From the NCBI GenBank assembly GCA_020629735.1, contig JAHDCT010000001.1, forward strand, positions 1 to 42,914: 42,914 nt of DNA. Reading direction: 5' to 3'. The notes below the pieces were generated by a model, which did no database searches, was not told where the DNA came from, and saw nothing but the letters and a program-made list of their open reading frames with translations. Numbering within the stretch: the stretch's first letter is position 1; every line of letters begins with the position of its first letter. Below are positions 22,926-34,889 of this stretch, one piece after another. The stretch comes from a bacterium (GTDB lineage Bacteria > Patescibacteriota > Gracilibacteria > Absconditabacterales > Absconditicoccaceae). The translations under genes were made by a program, and so were the position numbers.

Positions 22926-25900
22926 TTAATTGCCTTGTTCACCCCCTGTCGGAAAGAGGATGTTGTAGGCTTTTTCAGCATCAGATACAGCAGAACGAAA
23001 TTTGAGGATTGCCTCTTTCATTAAACGCTGAGCTTCTGCCTTATTGTTTGCAGTTGTGTTTTCAAAGGTTAATTCGCCATTGTTGACAACAGGTATTGGA
23101 ACATTGAAACCTTGCTTTTGAGCAGTACTTATTTGGTAATCCGTTATAAAGCGGTCTTCATAAAGGTTTGGTATTTCACCTGTCATGCGCTCATATTTAA
23201 CTATTTCATAAGGTGGTATCCCCATTACTAAGTTAAAAATCGCCTCGTCAACGGTTCTTCCCCAAGCTAAGTTATCACCTTCAGCAGCAATAATTAACTT
23301 GATTGATGGCAACTCTGCCTTTCCATCTTCGAAAGCTGACACATAAAAAGGCTCAATAAAAACCACCGTAGAGTCAATAGGTATGGTTATCATGTTACCA
23401 CGAAGTACCTTCGACCCTTTATCATCGAGCCAACTAATTTGAGTTGACATCAATGTATTTCCTGAAATCAAAGACTCAATTTTCCATGGAGCATACACAT
23501 TTAAGTCCATTGGGTAATAGAGCAACTCTAAGTCAAGATAGGTTTCATAATCAGATGAACCTGCAAGAATAGCTCGCAAAAAATCTCTTGGCTCTCCATC
23601 CGACTGGGGCTCAGGAGTAAAATTAATAACAGTATTAAAACCAAAATGCCCATGAGCATTTAACATCATTTGTCTTGGAACCATCTGTGTTCTCTTACCT
23701 AAGTATTTCTCATGTCCTACCTCCCAACCATAAAAGTTAGAATAAAACTCTTCAGGCTTATCTTGGTGGTATCTTTTAAGCATATACTTTTGCGCATAGA
23801 TGTAATCCAAAGGATAGATGAGATGTTCTAACACATCTGCAGGCATGCTCTCAAAGGGTTTGAACATTCCCGGCAGAATTTTCATAATTGTAGTCATTAT
23901 TGGATCCTCTTCAGGATACACAGAATAGAAATCTACTGTTCCATCATAGCTATGGACTATTGCCTTCGCTGATGGACGGATGTAGTTAAATTTCTCGTCC
24001 TTCGTAGAGTCCAATTCTGACATATTTAGATGATTTGAGTAAGGGAACTTATCTGATTTGGTGTATCCATGCACCATCCAAACCAAAGAGCTATCCTCCG
24101 TAATTATTGGATGTGCATCTTCGTCCCAATCAATCATTGGACATAAAGCCTCAACTCTTTCCTTAACCTGTCTACGCAACAAGATTCTTGAGTTCTCATT
24201 AATGTTTGGCTGCCCAAATACTAACTTAGAGTCGTACTCATATCCAAAAAACCACTTCTTCCAACCTGAACCAATATTAATTCCTGCCTTACCCTTATAG
24301 ACAGAACGCCTTGTTTTATTTCCATCAGGAAAGTCATATTCTTTAATGTTTGTATTAACATAGAAGAATTTTCCTCCCTTGTTGTCCGCCTCTTGAAAAT
24401 AAATCTTTGGAGATGGTTTAAGTTGTTTGAAGATTGGAAACCCTGTTTGTAAATCATACTCATTAGCTACCATTGAAAAGAAACCGTCCCCATGACCATA
24501 CTCGTAATACTGAGTAATATAGGTCTTAGGATCTAAACCTTCCTGGCTTAACTCAATAGGAGCATACATCATCAAAACGCTATCTTCTCTACATATATCA
24601 ATATCACCCACAATGTACTGAGGAAATTTGGTTACGTTCTCAGTTACAATCCTACTTGTCGCACTAAAGTCCAAAACTCTTGCATTACCGATAAGAACAC
24701 GATTTCTCCGCACACTTTCGATAGTCAAGCCGGGCTTATAGGCAACTTCCTTTTTGGTCAACCTACTTGATAAGCCAAAACCTTCAAGGGTAGACTGAAT
24801 ATTATTATTGATATACTCTTTTTCCACATTACTCTCATTTGGCGCAACAACATAACTTTGAATCAATCCTGGCACAACAAGACTGTTCAAAAGCAATTGT
24901 ATTCCCACGATATTTACTATAATATTTATAGGAACTGAGTATTCATCAGGCTTATGCTGTCCCCAAAAGAACCAAACTAAAGCATAGATTCCTGCTGTTA
25001 CTATACCTACAATAATCCAATGGGTGTACGCACCACCTGACATAATCAACGGCAATGCAATGGCGAAAATTGCTATGCCGAAAGTTGCATGTGACAAGTT
25101 ATGAAACAACTTGCTTTTTGACTTCACAAAAGTTATTAAAAGCGCAATAATAGACAAAGCTAAATAGATAAATTGGGAGGCTTTGCTAACAGGAATTCGA
25201 ACATTTTTATCGGTGTAACCAACTCCGATCATATTCAAATTAGTACCCGCTTCATGACTCGAAGAAAGTAAATTGTAGAGGTCTAACTGAACGCCATAGA
25301 TGGATACTAAGCACCAGACAGAAAACCAAACTCCTACTGACTTAGGAAAATGATCAAGGAACTCCTCTGTATCCCAATTGTTTCTGCTTGTTTTGACACC
25401 ATGGTAAATAAAAGCCATAAGTCCCATAACTACAGCAAACCATAACACACTTGAGACAAGCATATCTCTAACAGACAAATCCATCAAATAAAATGCGTTA
25501 TCCAAATTGAAAATTTTATCTACTGAAGCTCCCATTTCTCCGTAGTTCCAAAATTTCAATAATTCAAACCATTTTGAGCTTAATGTGCCTGCAAAAAGAG
25601 ATGCGAGTGAAATGCCAACCAACCCTGATACTATACCATTTAGATAGGGTTTTAATTCCTTATTTTTTTTATATTCAATGCTTTGGTTGAACAAATAAGC
25701 AGAATACACGGTGAATAAAGTTCCCAGCACCGAAAAAATAAGAAAGAATGCCTTAAGTTGACCAAAATTCTGCAACCAAAAGACATCTTCACGACCAAGT
25801 TTTTTAAACCACCAAAAGTCAGTTAGGTAGCCTGCCAACAGATCATGGATAATTATCCCGACTAATGTGACTATAGGTAAAACCCAATGCCACCATCTCA

Positions 25901-26024
25901 GCCAAGACAATTTCGTTTCCTCACTCTCTTTATTAGAGTTCGCTTTCTTATCTCTACGATAAAAAGCCCACGCTCCTGGGACAAAGGAGAGAAGGAAAGT
26001 TGTTAAGAAGATAGTTAAATACAT
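22926..26024 (-). CDS. UPF0182 family membrane protein (1032 aa)
   Basis: TDFWWF..LG...VF, DKIFNLDNAFY, GYTD, V.PNE...EKEYI..NI..T, GYT.S..FPYS, FNYIR.S.K, YDGTV.FY and GSKVLRGN.ITIPI...EPFYV are characteristic of UPF0182. Confidence 0.92.
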   Translation of the reverse strand: MYLTIFLTTFLLSFVPGAWAFYRRDKKANSNKESEETKLSWLRWWHWVLPIVTLVGIIIHDLLAGYLTDFWWFKKLGREDVFWLQNFGQLKAFFLIFSVLGTLFTVYSAYLFNQSIEYKKNKELKPYLNGIVSGLVGISLASLFAGTLSSKWFELLKFWNYGEMGASVDKIFNLDNAFYLMDLSVRDMLVSSVLWFAVVMGLMAFIYHGVKTSRNNWDTEEFLDHFPKSVGVWFSVWCLVSIYGVQLDLYNLLSSSHEAGTNLNMIGVGYTDKNVRIPVSKASQFIYLALSIIALLITFVKSKSKLFHNLSHATFGIAIFAIALPLIMSGGAYTHWIIVGIVTAGIYALVWFFWGQHKPDEYSVPINIIVNIVGIQLLLNSLVVPGLIQSYVVAPNESNVEKEYINNNIQSTLEGFGLSSRLTKKEVAYKPGLTIESVRRNRVLIGNARVLDFSATSRIVTENVTKFPQYIVGDIDICREDSVLMMYAPIELSQEGLDPKTYITQYYEYGHGDGFFSMVANEYDLQTGFPIFKQLKPSPKIYFQEADNKGGKFFYVNTNIKEYDFPDGNKTRRSVYKGKAGINIGSGWKKWFFGYEYDSKLVFGQPNINENSRILLRRQVKERVEALCPMIDWDEDAHPIITEDSSLVWMVHGYTKSDKFPYSNHLNMSELDSTKDEKFNYIRPSAKAIVHSYDGTVDFYSVYPEEDPIMTTIMKILPGMFKPFESMPADVLEHLIYPLDYIYAQKYMLKRYHQDKPEEFYSNFYGWEVGHEKYLGKRTQMVPRQMMLNAHGHFGFNTVINFTPEPQSDGEPRDFLRAILAGSSDYETYLDLELLYYPMDLNVYAPWKIESLISGNTLMSTQISWLDDKGSKVLRGNMITIPIDSTVVFIEPFYVSAFEDGKAELPSIKLIIAAEGDNLAWGRTVDEAIFNLVMGIPPYEIVKYERMTGEIPNLYEDRFITDYQISTAQKQGFNVPIPVVNNGELTFENTTANNKAEAQRLMKEAILKFRSAVSDAEKAYNILFPTGGEQGN

Positions 26025-26158
26025 AATTTTCTTTTAAACTTTGTAATTTTAATGGACGACAAATCACTTTATATATACTACAAAATAAATGTCAATATAT
26101 TTAAAATACAAAAAAAACACCAAACAATCCCTGTTTGATGTCTTTATTTTTCTTACTT

Positions 26159-27652
26159 CTAACCAGTATATTTATATCCTACTCTTTCTACGGTGTAAGC
26201 GTTTCATAATCAGATTTGGTCTAACTTTATTTTCTTCTCTTTTACCTCTCCGTCTGGTCATTCTCATCTGACGATAATATGATCATTTCACACTTCGTCA
26301 ACTGTTACTTTGTAAAGATTTTCATTATTCTCTGCTAGAAAGCATTTCATGTTTTTTTTGAATGAAAGTGTTGCATTTGGATTTGGTATTTCATCGTCAT
26401 ATCAACTAAAGAATCTAAAGTTTTCTGAGTAAATCTTATCTCCTATACGAGTAAGAGCCTCATTTAAATTATCTCCTATATGGACTTTCCCTTTTTTGAT
26501 ATGTGTAGAGCGAGCAAAATCTTGAATCATTTTATCTATCTGAACTTTATACTCTCAAATTTTGCCATGATCTTCTAATACCAGAGCTTCAAGTTGCACT
26601 AGGACTTGCTCATCGTATGCAGCAACAATATCTTTTTTATACAGTTTTACTTTTCTAGCAAATTCCTTTAATTTTCGCTCATTTTTATAATATCGTTCAT
26701 CTGCTCATTTGAATATATGCTTTACTTCATTTCCCTTTGCGTACATATCTGCAAAATTCAGTTTTATTCCACCAAGTTTTACTCCATCATTTAAAACTTC
26801 TTCAATTGATCCTTCTATATTATTTCATTGGTTATTATATTGGATATACATTCCTACTTTCAGTTCTTCTTGCCCGAGTGATCTCTCAAGTTTTTGAAGT
26901 TCTTCAGAATTTATCACGGAAATTATCTCCTTAAATACTTCATTATCTAAATTATCGCTAGATGAATAGCTCCTTTCTGTATAATCTATAAATACCTGAT
27001 GCTGAGTGAGCTCAAAAATGCTTTCTTTGTATCTGTCTAAATAGACATACTTTTTGTGGTATCAATCAAGTCTTCTGCATATTTTTAAAAACGCTTCCCC
27101 TTCCCCTGTATTCTCCCCATACGTTTCTTGGCCCAAAATCATTTTCAACTTCATCTGATTTTCGAGAGATTCAATATACCAAGCATCTTCATCTTTGTAT
27201 TCAATTTCAGCAGATACGATACTACTTTCTTTGAGACGAGAATCATCTTCCATTATAAGAATTGAGTCATCTTCTGATGAAGTGAAATCTTTTATCTTTC
27301 ATGTTACCGTTTCTCCTTCGTTGGTAATGAGGACGACTTGCATTCCTGACCCTAAGAGATCTGGAGTCGCCATTCTTAGCTTTGGACTTTCGGCGTACTC
27401 GATATCTGGTAATTCCCCTTCTCTATACTTATTTAAAAGTAACTTTGCCTCATCTAATCACGATGCGAAAATTATTCAACTTGTCTCTTTTGTTCACTCT
27501 TCCATAGGTACAATAGGTGCATTTTTACGCATCATAATTTTTACCGCAAACTCCGCTTGGAGCTCGATTATTCTCATAAGTGCGTCTTCATCTACGTGAT
27601 GTAAAATTTTATCGTTTTCGAATTTATACATCTTATCTTGCTTATTCTCCAT
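26159..27652 (-). CDS. Hypothetical protein (about 497 aa)
   Basis: ATG..TAG in frame with TGA=Gly, including track fragment 27062-27253. It lies about 60 bp downstream of the giant gene on the same strand. Confidence 0.7.
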
Positions 27653-27713
27653 AGTGATTGCTAAGGTTAAAACAATTATAATATACCCGATTCTTCGATT
27701 AAGTCAATTTTTC

Positions 27714-30700
27714 TTACTTTTTGAAATCTACCAACAGTGCCTTTGAGTAGTCTCAATGTAACTGTAAATCTTCAATATGCGCCTTATCAATCTGTTCTGT
27801 CAGTACAGCTAATGCTATTGGAGAAGCTCCAGCCGTCGCTCCAGCAAGCTGCTCTAGTTTAAATAGCATTTTTTTCAACATTTTCACATTAGTGAAAGAG
27901 ACCGTTTCATGAGATATAGGTATACTATTTACAAATGCGGTAACTGGTAGATTATGCTTTCTTGCGAAGAGTATTCGGGGGAGATAGTGCTCCAGAAAAT
28001 TATATGAAATTTCTTCAAGTACGCCTTCCGGACTATCTCTGTACTGATACATGATTGATTTTTTTGTTTCTGGTACCAGATGAGAACGACTAAAATTTAT
28101 TACTATCTTATCATAATTCTCAGGGATAAGTTTCCATCATTGACCCGCTAAATATGCTTCTGCCTCCTCAAATAGATTCCTACTATCTTCCTTACTTACT
28201 TCTAGGTACGAGAGAAAATCACGAGAAGAGCTTCTTTTTACTGTATGTGATGCTCATAGTTCTTCTACAAGTTCTTCTATTGAAGCCGTTGAGATAGTAT
28301 GCCCTAGTTTTGTCAGCCCATCTTTGATATCTTCTCGATCTTCAAACCACTCTTTTTTCTCATCTTCATCAACTACTAACCCAATTGTTGAAAGTTCTGA
28401 AACAGACAAATAATCTTTTTCCTTGATTAGCTTTGCAATTTCGTCTCTAAATTTATGCACTCGTTGTATACGATATTTTACTTCCCCTAATCATACTAAT
28501 GCTGCTCACACTGCTGAAAGCATAAACAGAATTAATCCTATCATTCATCGATAAGATCAAATATCTCTGTACTCGTTATGTCCATACGGATCAACTACGC
28601 TGAGTATTTTTCTATGTGTATCAGCGACCACCTTTTCATCTACTTTTTTTCCATCTTTAAATTCTTTTGCAAGCTTCGTAAAGATTCTTTTTACTCAGGC
28701 CAATTGCCTTTGCGTCAGCTCTTGTCCTCACATAACTACTGTATACAATTTGTAAGGCTCTACTGCTCACAAATTTATATAGTATTCTCGTACTTCGTCT
28801 TCAGTGAAAAGCTCTGGGTATTTAACGACATCATGCATTTTACTTACTGCCCTATATGTTCTAGCTTGATCATTCCATGTAGGAAAATTATCTAAATGTT
28901 CTTGTGCATTCTTTGATACTACTTTTAGTTTTAATGAATCCATATCAGAAACATTCAGACATATCACACTCATTACTAAGCAAAAGATTGCTGATACCGT
29001 ATATGGTGTACGCTTATTTTGATTTTCTGCTTCTAGAGTATCAAGCCGGTTGTCAATTGGAAAAGAGAGCTTGCCAGAATAAAGCTCATTGAACTTCTTC
29101 GCCAGCTCTTTCATTGTCTTTCTCCTTCTCTTTGTGTAAACAGCAAAAAAGGCTAGTAAGTATACTCCCAATGTACCAACAAGATATATAAAATAATCTC
29201 TTATATCACTGTTAACCTCATCTAAAAAGTCGTAGATTTCCTTTGCAAGTGGACTTCTATCTTTAATCATTGGATCGAGATACTGATCTAAGGTATGTTT
29301 GAATCAGTCTGATTTTTTTAACATATCTGCCGCATTCTTCTTATTTTGCTGACGAAAGTACTCTTCCACTGCTTGACTAAATCACACTCCTTGGCCATTC
29401 ATATATCTGATAATTTCTTCTTTTGCTTGCTCATCGTCATGTATCTTAAATGATACATCGATTTGTGACTTGATAAAAGCAGCCTGATCTTCCATTATTT
29501 TATCAACTGCTTCATGCTTTCCTTTATAGAGCTCATCAAAAAACGGAACTGTTTCTTCAAAGTTATAGATATGAAAGATACTATCTACTTGTTGAGTAAT
29601 TGTTGCACGCAATGTAGTCGTACTAATAATTTCATCTAAAGAAATAGTTCAATTCTTTTCACATTCTTCAGCAAGATATGTTATCGTTCTTCTTGATACT
29701 GATTCTCATACAAGGTCTTTTTCTTCAAGATACTCTTTTATAATTGTTCAGCTCGCCTGCCTCAGACCGTATTTCGGATCGTTATAGTGAAAAATAAAGT
29801 TTTGGTCTTTTTTTCGATCTTCATATGCTTCATCGGAAAATAGGTGTATTCTTAGTTTCTCAGCTAGATATTCGAGATCTTTCATATACTTCATATGGAG
29901 AAAGTTAATCACCTTCTCTTCTGCCTTTGAAGGTTGCTGATAAGAAGCCCAGCGGGGTTTGAAAAGCTTATTGTATATATTTTCTCTTAGCGTTGAATCT
30001 ACTTGATAAGAGAAGTAGTTTGGATCATATTCTCATTTGCCGGTGAAATTAAAAGTATCTACTTGCACTCCAGCATACTTACTTCAACTTCACTGAATTT
30101 CTTCGGCAATTTCTTCTTCAAACTGCTTTCTTGTATTAAAAAACCAGTCTAAGCCTCATTCTCTTCCTTGTGATGTTCAATTCCCTTTTCCATTACCTCA
30201 GCCTCTTCACCCACTCCCTGTTCCGATTCATTCTCATCATGTATCCTGCTCATCGTTCTTTTCTTCTTTTTGGGGTCTTTGATGTCATAAGTTTTCGTTT
30301 GTTTCAAAATCAACATCCGGTACATTACCTGGCAATTGATCTTTAGGGCTTCTCGTAGCGAGCTCCTCAGCATTTTCTAAAAGGTAGTTCATTCATTTCT
30401 TTGCTTTTTCTGCATCTGAGATATCGAGTTTATCGATTTCATAGAAATAACTCTGTTGATATCTAATAATTAAATCTGTCAATGCATCTCTTGTTCATGG
30501 TGTTTGTAGAGAGTGTGATCTTGCTGCTATTATTCATTTTGTTCATCAACAAAAAAATGCGATAGCAACAGGATCAACAATATCCTCGCTGAATATTCTA
30601 ATAACTTTTTGTAAATGTTTAGCATAGTCTCGATTTGGTGGCTGAGAGTCTGAGTTTTTATAATTATAATACAGTTTTGCTGAAAAATTTTCAAATCAAT

Positions 30701-32324
30701 CATAGCCTCAATATGCCTTGTCTATCATAAGCATATTTAGTATATGAGGCGCATATGGATCATATTCGTCATATACATCGTGGTTCGTCAATTTATAGAG
30801 AATATGTTGTGTTATCGCTTCAGTAAGTCATTCATTTCTCATAGTTGAAGCTGATGTTCAAGTAAGTCCATGAACAAGTTCGTGTATGATAACATGTATT
30901 ACTTCTCGCGTATTTCCTCTTTTGAGGAGTTCCTCATCTAGATAGACATCTTTATCAGTTGGATTATCAGCCCGTGATTTATATAGTCCAATGACATGGC
31001 CAGGCAGGTCCTCCACCCTAATTTCATCTACTATTCAAACCTCAAAATCAGCTTTTTTTACCGCGTCTTTTCAACGTACGGTTTTTATGGTTTCATAAAA
31101 CGCCAACTTCACTAAATCAAAATCGATAACTTCGTTATTTTCTACCGTTTCTTCTAGGTTTGAAAAATCATTATGTTTGTGAAAGTGTCCAATTTCGTGT
31201 TCATGAGGATGTCCATGCTTGTGATGGTCAAATTCATCTTTATCAGGTATAGTTAGGACACTGATTCAGGTTGCTCCGTGATCATATAAATTCTCGTAAT
31301 CTCTAAAAAGCAGTTCATTATCTATTTCTTCAGCTGGTATCGCATCATCATCTTTTTCTTGCCAAGGATACTGGATCTTCTTTCCGATAGGTCATGCACT
31401 AGTTTCTATCGCTATAGGCTCGTTGATTATCTCTGCAACTTTCGTTCAAACAACACTTAAGATCGCAATCGTTCCAATTCCTACATAGGTCCAGTTAACT
31501 GCTTTGGGTCTTTTTCTTAACATCTTCTTGAAAAGCTTCCGATGCTTCTCTTGATGAGTCTTTCAATCTCGTTCTTCTTCAAAATATGAAAAATAGCTCT
31601 TTACAGATTCTGAGTCTAGTTCATGCACGGCAGCATGACCTACATATCTTAATCATGCTGCTATTACTCAAGATACTTTGCTTAGCAAAGGTGCAAAATC
31701 GATATTATTTTGGAAATACAATCACTTAATTTCTTTCAACAATGCTTCTATTGTCTCCTTATCGTATCCATCTTGAACGCACATCTTGAGTAAGTCACAA
31801 TACGCACAAAATATAAGTGGTTTACTATATCCTTCTCAAGTTTCAAGGAAAGGAAATGATTTAAGCAGACTCTTTCACTCCTCTAGTTTTTCAAAGGAAG
31901 CATAAAGCGGCTTCTTGTAAGAATATTCACGTTCTCCAAGAGTGAAATCTATTCCCTTTTCTCCTCTTTGATAGCCAAAGGTTGTTCGTTTTCTACGCTT
32001 CTTCTTCCTCTTTTCCTTTCATTCTTTTTCTATTTTTCCCTTATCTTCTTTTCCTTTTGATACCCAGGTACGGTCAAGAAAGGGATATGAGGTATATATA
32101 TCTATCTCGCGAGGCTCCTCATCTACTTTAACTCATTTATTTCACCTAAATGACTCTGTATAAAAATTCTGTAAACTTTTTTCGATTAGGGCTTTGTAGT
32201 TTTGACGGAGAAATTTCTGTTGTTTGTCATTTTTTCCAAGCACCTCAAAAGCACTCTGATTATAGCCAGAGATATGTGTTGTAATATTTTTCGAATAAGA
32301 AAACGAGTCTAATCTAAATATCAT
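27714..32324 (-). CDS. Large multidomain membrane-associated protein (about 1536 aa) with a gluzincin-like HEXXH metallopeptidase motif
   Basis: Track fragments 27753, 28254, 28767, 29382 and 32142 are all in one frame. Contains VIIHELVHGLTG...RNEGLTEAIT, a His-rich tract, a Gly-rich linker and several hydrophobic segments. Start uncertain. Confidence 0.75.
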
Positions 32325-32812
32325 ATAAACCTATTTATAAATCATATACTTCTCTTCTTCACGCAGCCTAGCAAACCTTATTCGTGACAGTCCGTCCTTC
32401 AAAGACCTATACAGTTCTTCAAATGAAATACACTATTTGTGACCTCACATCTTGCTTTAGGTATAAAATGAATTCGTTTATCTGTTTTGGCTCTCACTAC
32501 GATCATATTTGAAAATCTAATTCTTCATTCCATACGAGAGTATTTTAACGGTATTTATTTTTTTACGGCCGCATGTAATTCTTCGGTTTGCAAAAGAATT
32601 ACTATAACTAGCTCAGTCTTTCAACTCTATGCTTTTATTGTCAAGCATCCAAATCATTCTCGTATCTGTTTACTCTTTTTATACAATTGTTTTCTCGATT
32701 TGATTTTCTTTGAGCACTATAATGAAAAATCTATGCTCAAACGTATACTTTTATATGTAAATCACAATCATTGTCAATACTTATAATTCAATGAATATTC
32801 TTTGATATAAAT

Positions 32813-32838
32813 AAAAAGCGTGCCTAAACACGCTTTTC
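32813..32838 (-). terminator. Intrinsic terminator after the RT gene
   Basis: AAAAGCGTG-CCTAAA-CACGCTTTT hairpin a few bases after the RT stop codon. Confidence 0.75.
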
Positions 32839-32845
32839 TACAACT

Positions 32846-34387
32846 TTAAAGGAGGTTTGAATTTGGACTCACTCAGTCTGTTATAATCACATTGGGTGCA
32901 ATCTTCACCTTTGGAAAGAGATTCTTCTTAGCTAATTTAAACCGCTTGTCAAATTCGTTAGGCACCTTTCTCTTAATATCTTTAATAAAATTTCTAATTC
33001 CATGTAATACGTAGGCAACTTGCATAACATCTACCTCTCATCCAGTTGTTAGATACTTTGTACTTAACTGCTTCGGGTTTTGTGCTACTAGTTTTGCAAA
33101 TGCTATATAGTTGAGCATTTTTTTCTCAGCAATACCCAAGCGACCATCAGGTCAAATGGTAATTCAGGTAATTTCTTTAGCAGTGGCTGATAATGGTGTC
33201 CACATTTTTTCTTTTTCAAACTTCAGCTTTCGATTATTTTGCCCTTGCACAATTTTTATCAAACGTAGTCTAAGCTGTTCAAACTGGTCTTCATTTTCTG
33301 CTCAATCAACTCATTTCAGGGACTTGTCAAGTATTCAAATTTGTGTAAAGATTTTCTCTTTGTGGCTGTTGAGTTTCGCTTTTATGAATTCATTATCACG
33401 GAGACCTTCTAATCACTGCTTAATTAAAATGATTGCATTGTAGGTACGACGCTTCGAGTCTTGATCTTCAAATATTTTTTCTGCAGGCGTTTCTATATTT
33501 ATAAATCAAACTAACAACTGCTCTACTTGTAAGAGTATTGAATCTATTTCTTCTCATACCGTAGTTGGCTCATTTGAATTATTTTTTACTTCCTCTCCTA
33601 GTTTCTTTATTTTCTTTATCACTTTATGAACAGCCTTTGAAAATTCTCAGAAGTTTTCAAAATATTTAAAGCTGATCGCCATATCATCAATATATCTTGT
33701 GAACATAGGATTTACTAAGATCGAATTCTTATCATTGAGTGCTCAAATGATTTGACTATCCGTCTTTCACATAACGATATTTAACATACGAGCACTTGTA
33801 GGTGATCATTGAGGTAACTTTCCTTCATGAGAAGTTAAGGTTGTTAGCACATCAACAAACGTCTTTCTTTGTTCACTATCTAGATATGGATATGAAAGAT
33901 CAAATATTTTTTCTAATCATCCGTTTAAATTTGCATTAATTCTTCCTGCATCTACTGAAGGGTATGCACTTGCGATATCAGTTGTTAAAAGATACCCAGA
34001 CTGTCTATGAAAATTAGCGTTTTTACTTGGTCTGGTTCCTAGTTCTCATCATTGCACTGCTGTCGAAACAGGCACTTGTCTCAAGTTAACTAATAAGCTT
34101 TTTTGCAATCTTTTTAGCGGAACACTTGGTGCTGATATCCTTCTTTTCTCTTTACTTTTTCCTCACTTATCAACGAGAAAATCAAAATACCCTCATGTTA
34201 ATTTCTTTTCCACGTCACTTCCTCTGAGAGTAACCATTCCTGTTGATTTTGGGGTTAATCTTTGTTTTAGCGTTTCTTTTAACGAGTTTTGAGAACAATT
34301 CAAGAAATGACAAAGTGCTTTCAAGACTTGCTTATCTCTCAAAATTGGCATAATTTCTTTTGAATCTTCCCATTTTATAGCTTCCAT
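32846..34387 (-). CDS. Retron-type reverse transcriptase (about 513 aa)
   Basis: KRISAPSVPLKRLQK, NANFH (retron region X, NAxxH), LLTTDIASAYPSV, LPQGSPTSARMLN, FTRYIDDMAISF and EITG (retron region Y, VTG-like) are all in frame with TGA=Gly. Confidence 0.92.
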
Positions 34388-34469
34388 CAACTCTCGTAAC
34401 GTAAAATAAAACAAAGATATTGTACCTAGCTCCTACCCTGATTATCAGTCTACTGGATTCTATTGTATA

Positions 34470-34800
34470 TCCTCTTCTTATCGAATTGGGGGTGTCACTT
34501 ATTTTGTGTACCCCCATAATTGGTTTGTGCAAAAGGATTAGGGAAAACTAGGGAAAACTCAGTAATCTTACATGTAAGCTTACATGTATGCATACAAGCA
34601 TAAAGCTCTGAAAATCAGTAAGTTACAAGGAAAAATAACTTAAAATAACTGAGCAATAACTTATAATAACTGAAGTCCCGAAGACCCGTGTACCTTAAGC
34701 ACGCAGTTAGATGAATCCTTACTCCAGCCTATCGCGAGAGTATCTACCTCAGAGGGTATACGGACATCTGTGATGGGAAATCCCATTCAAAAAAACCTGC
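34470..34800 (-). ncRNA. Putative RT-associated ncRNA cassette 1 (proximal)
   Basis: Scaffold 34703-34789 is shared with cassette 2, followed by variable repeat cargo (34540-34675) and a conserved ACCAATT.TGGGGG...CCCCAA hairpin (34485-34524). Boundaries are approximate. Confidence 0.7.
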
Positions 34801-34806
34801 CCTCAA

Positions 34807-34834
34807 GCTATATTTATTACTAAACTTAAGTCAA
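34807..34834 (-). promoter_or_regulatory. Sigma70-like promoter of cassette 1 (and possibly the RT)
   Basis: TTGACT-16 nt-TATAGC, at the same relative position as in cassette 2. Confidence 0.6.
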
Positions 34835-34855
34835 TATACTTTTTTCATTTATCTA

Positions 34856-34886
34856 TAAAAAAACCTATCTTAAGAAAGGTTTTTTC
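34856..34886 (-). terminator. Terminator between the two cassettes
   Basis: AAAAAAACCT-ATCTTAAGAA-AGGTTTTTTT inverted repeat. Confidence 0.7.
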
Positions 34887-34889
34887 TAA

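Noticed and set aside
32846..34387. Group II intron RT/maturase
   Set aside because: No maturase or HNH domain and no domain V/VI-like structure are seen after the ORF. A terminator follows directly.
34332..34532. 66-aa track ORF as a retron effector
   Set aside because: It overlaps the RT start and the conserved RNA hairpin, has no recognisable motif and has no counterpart in cassette 2.
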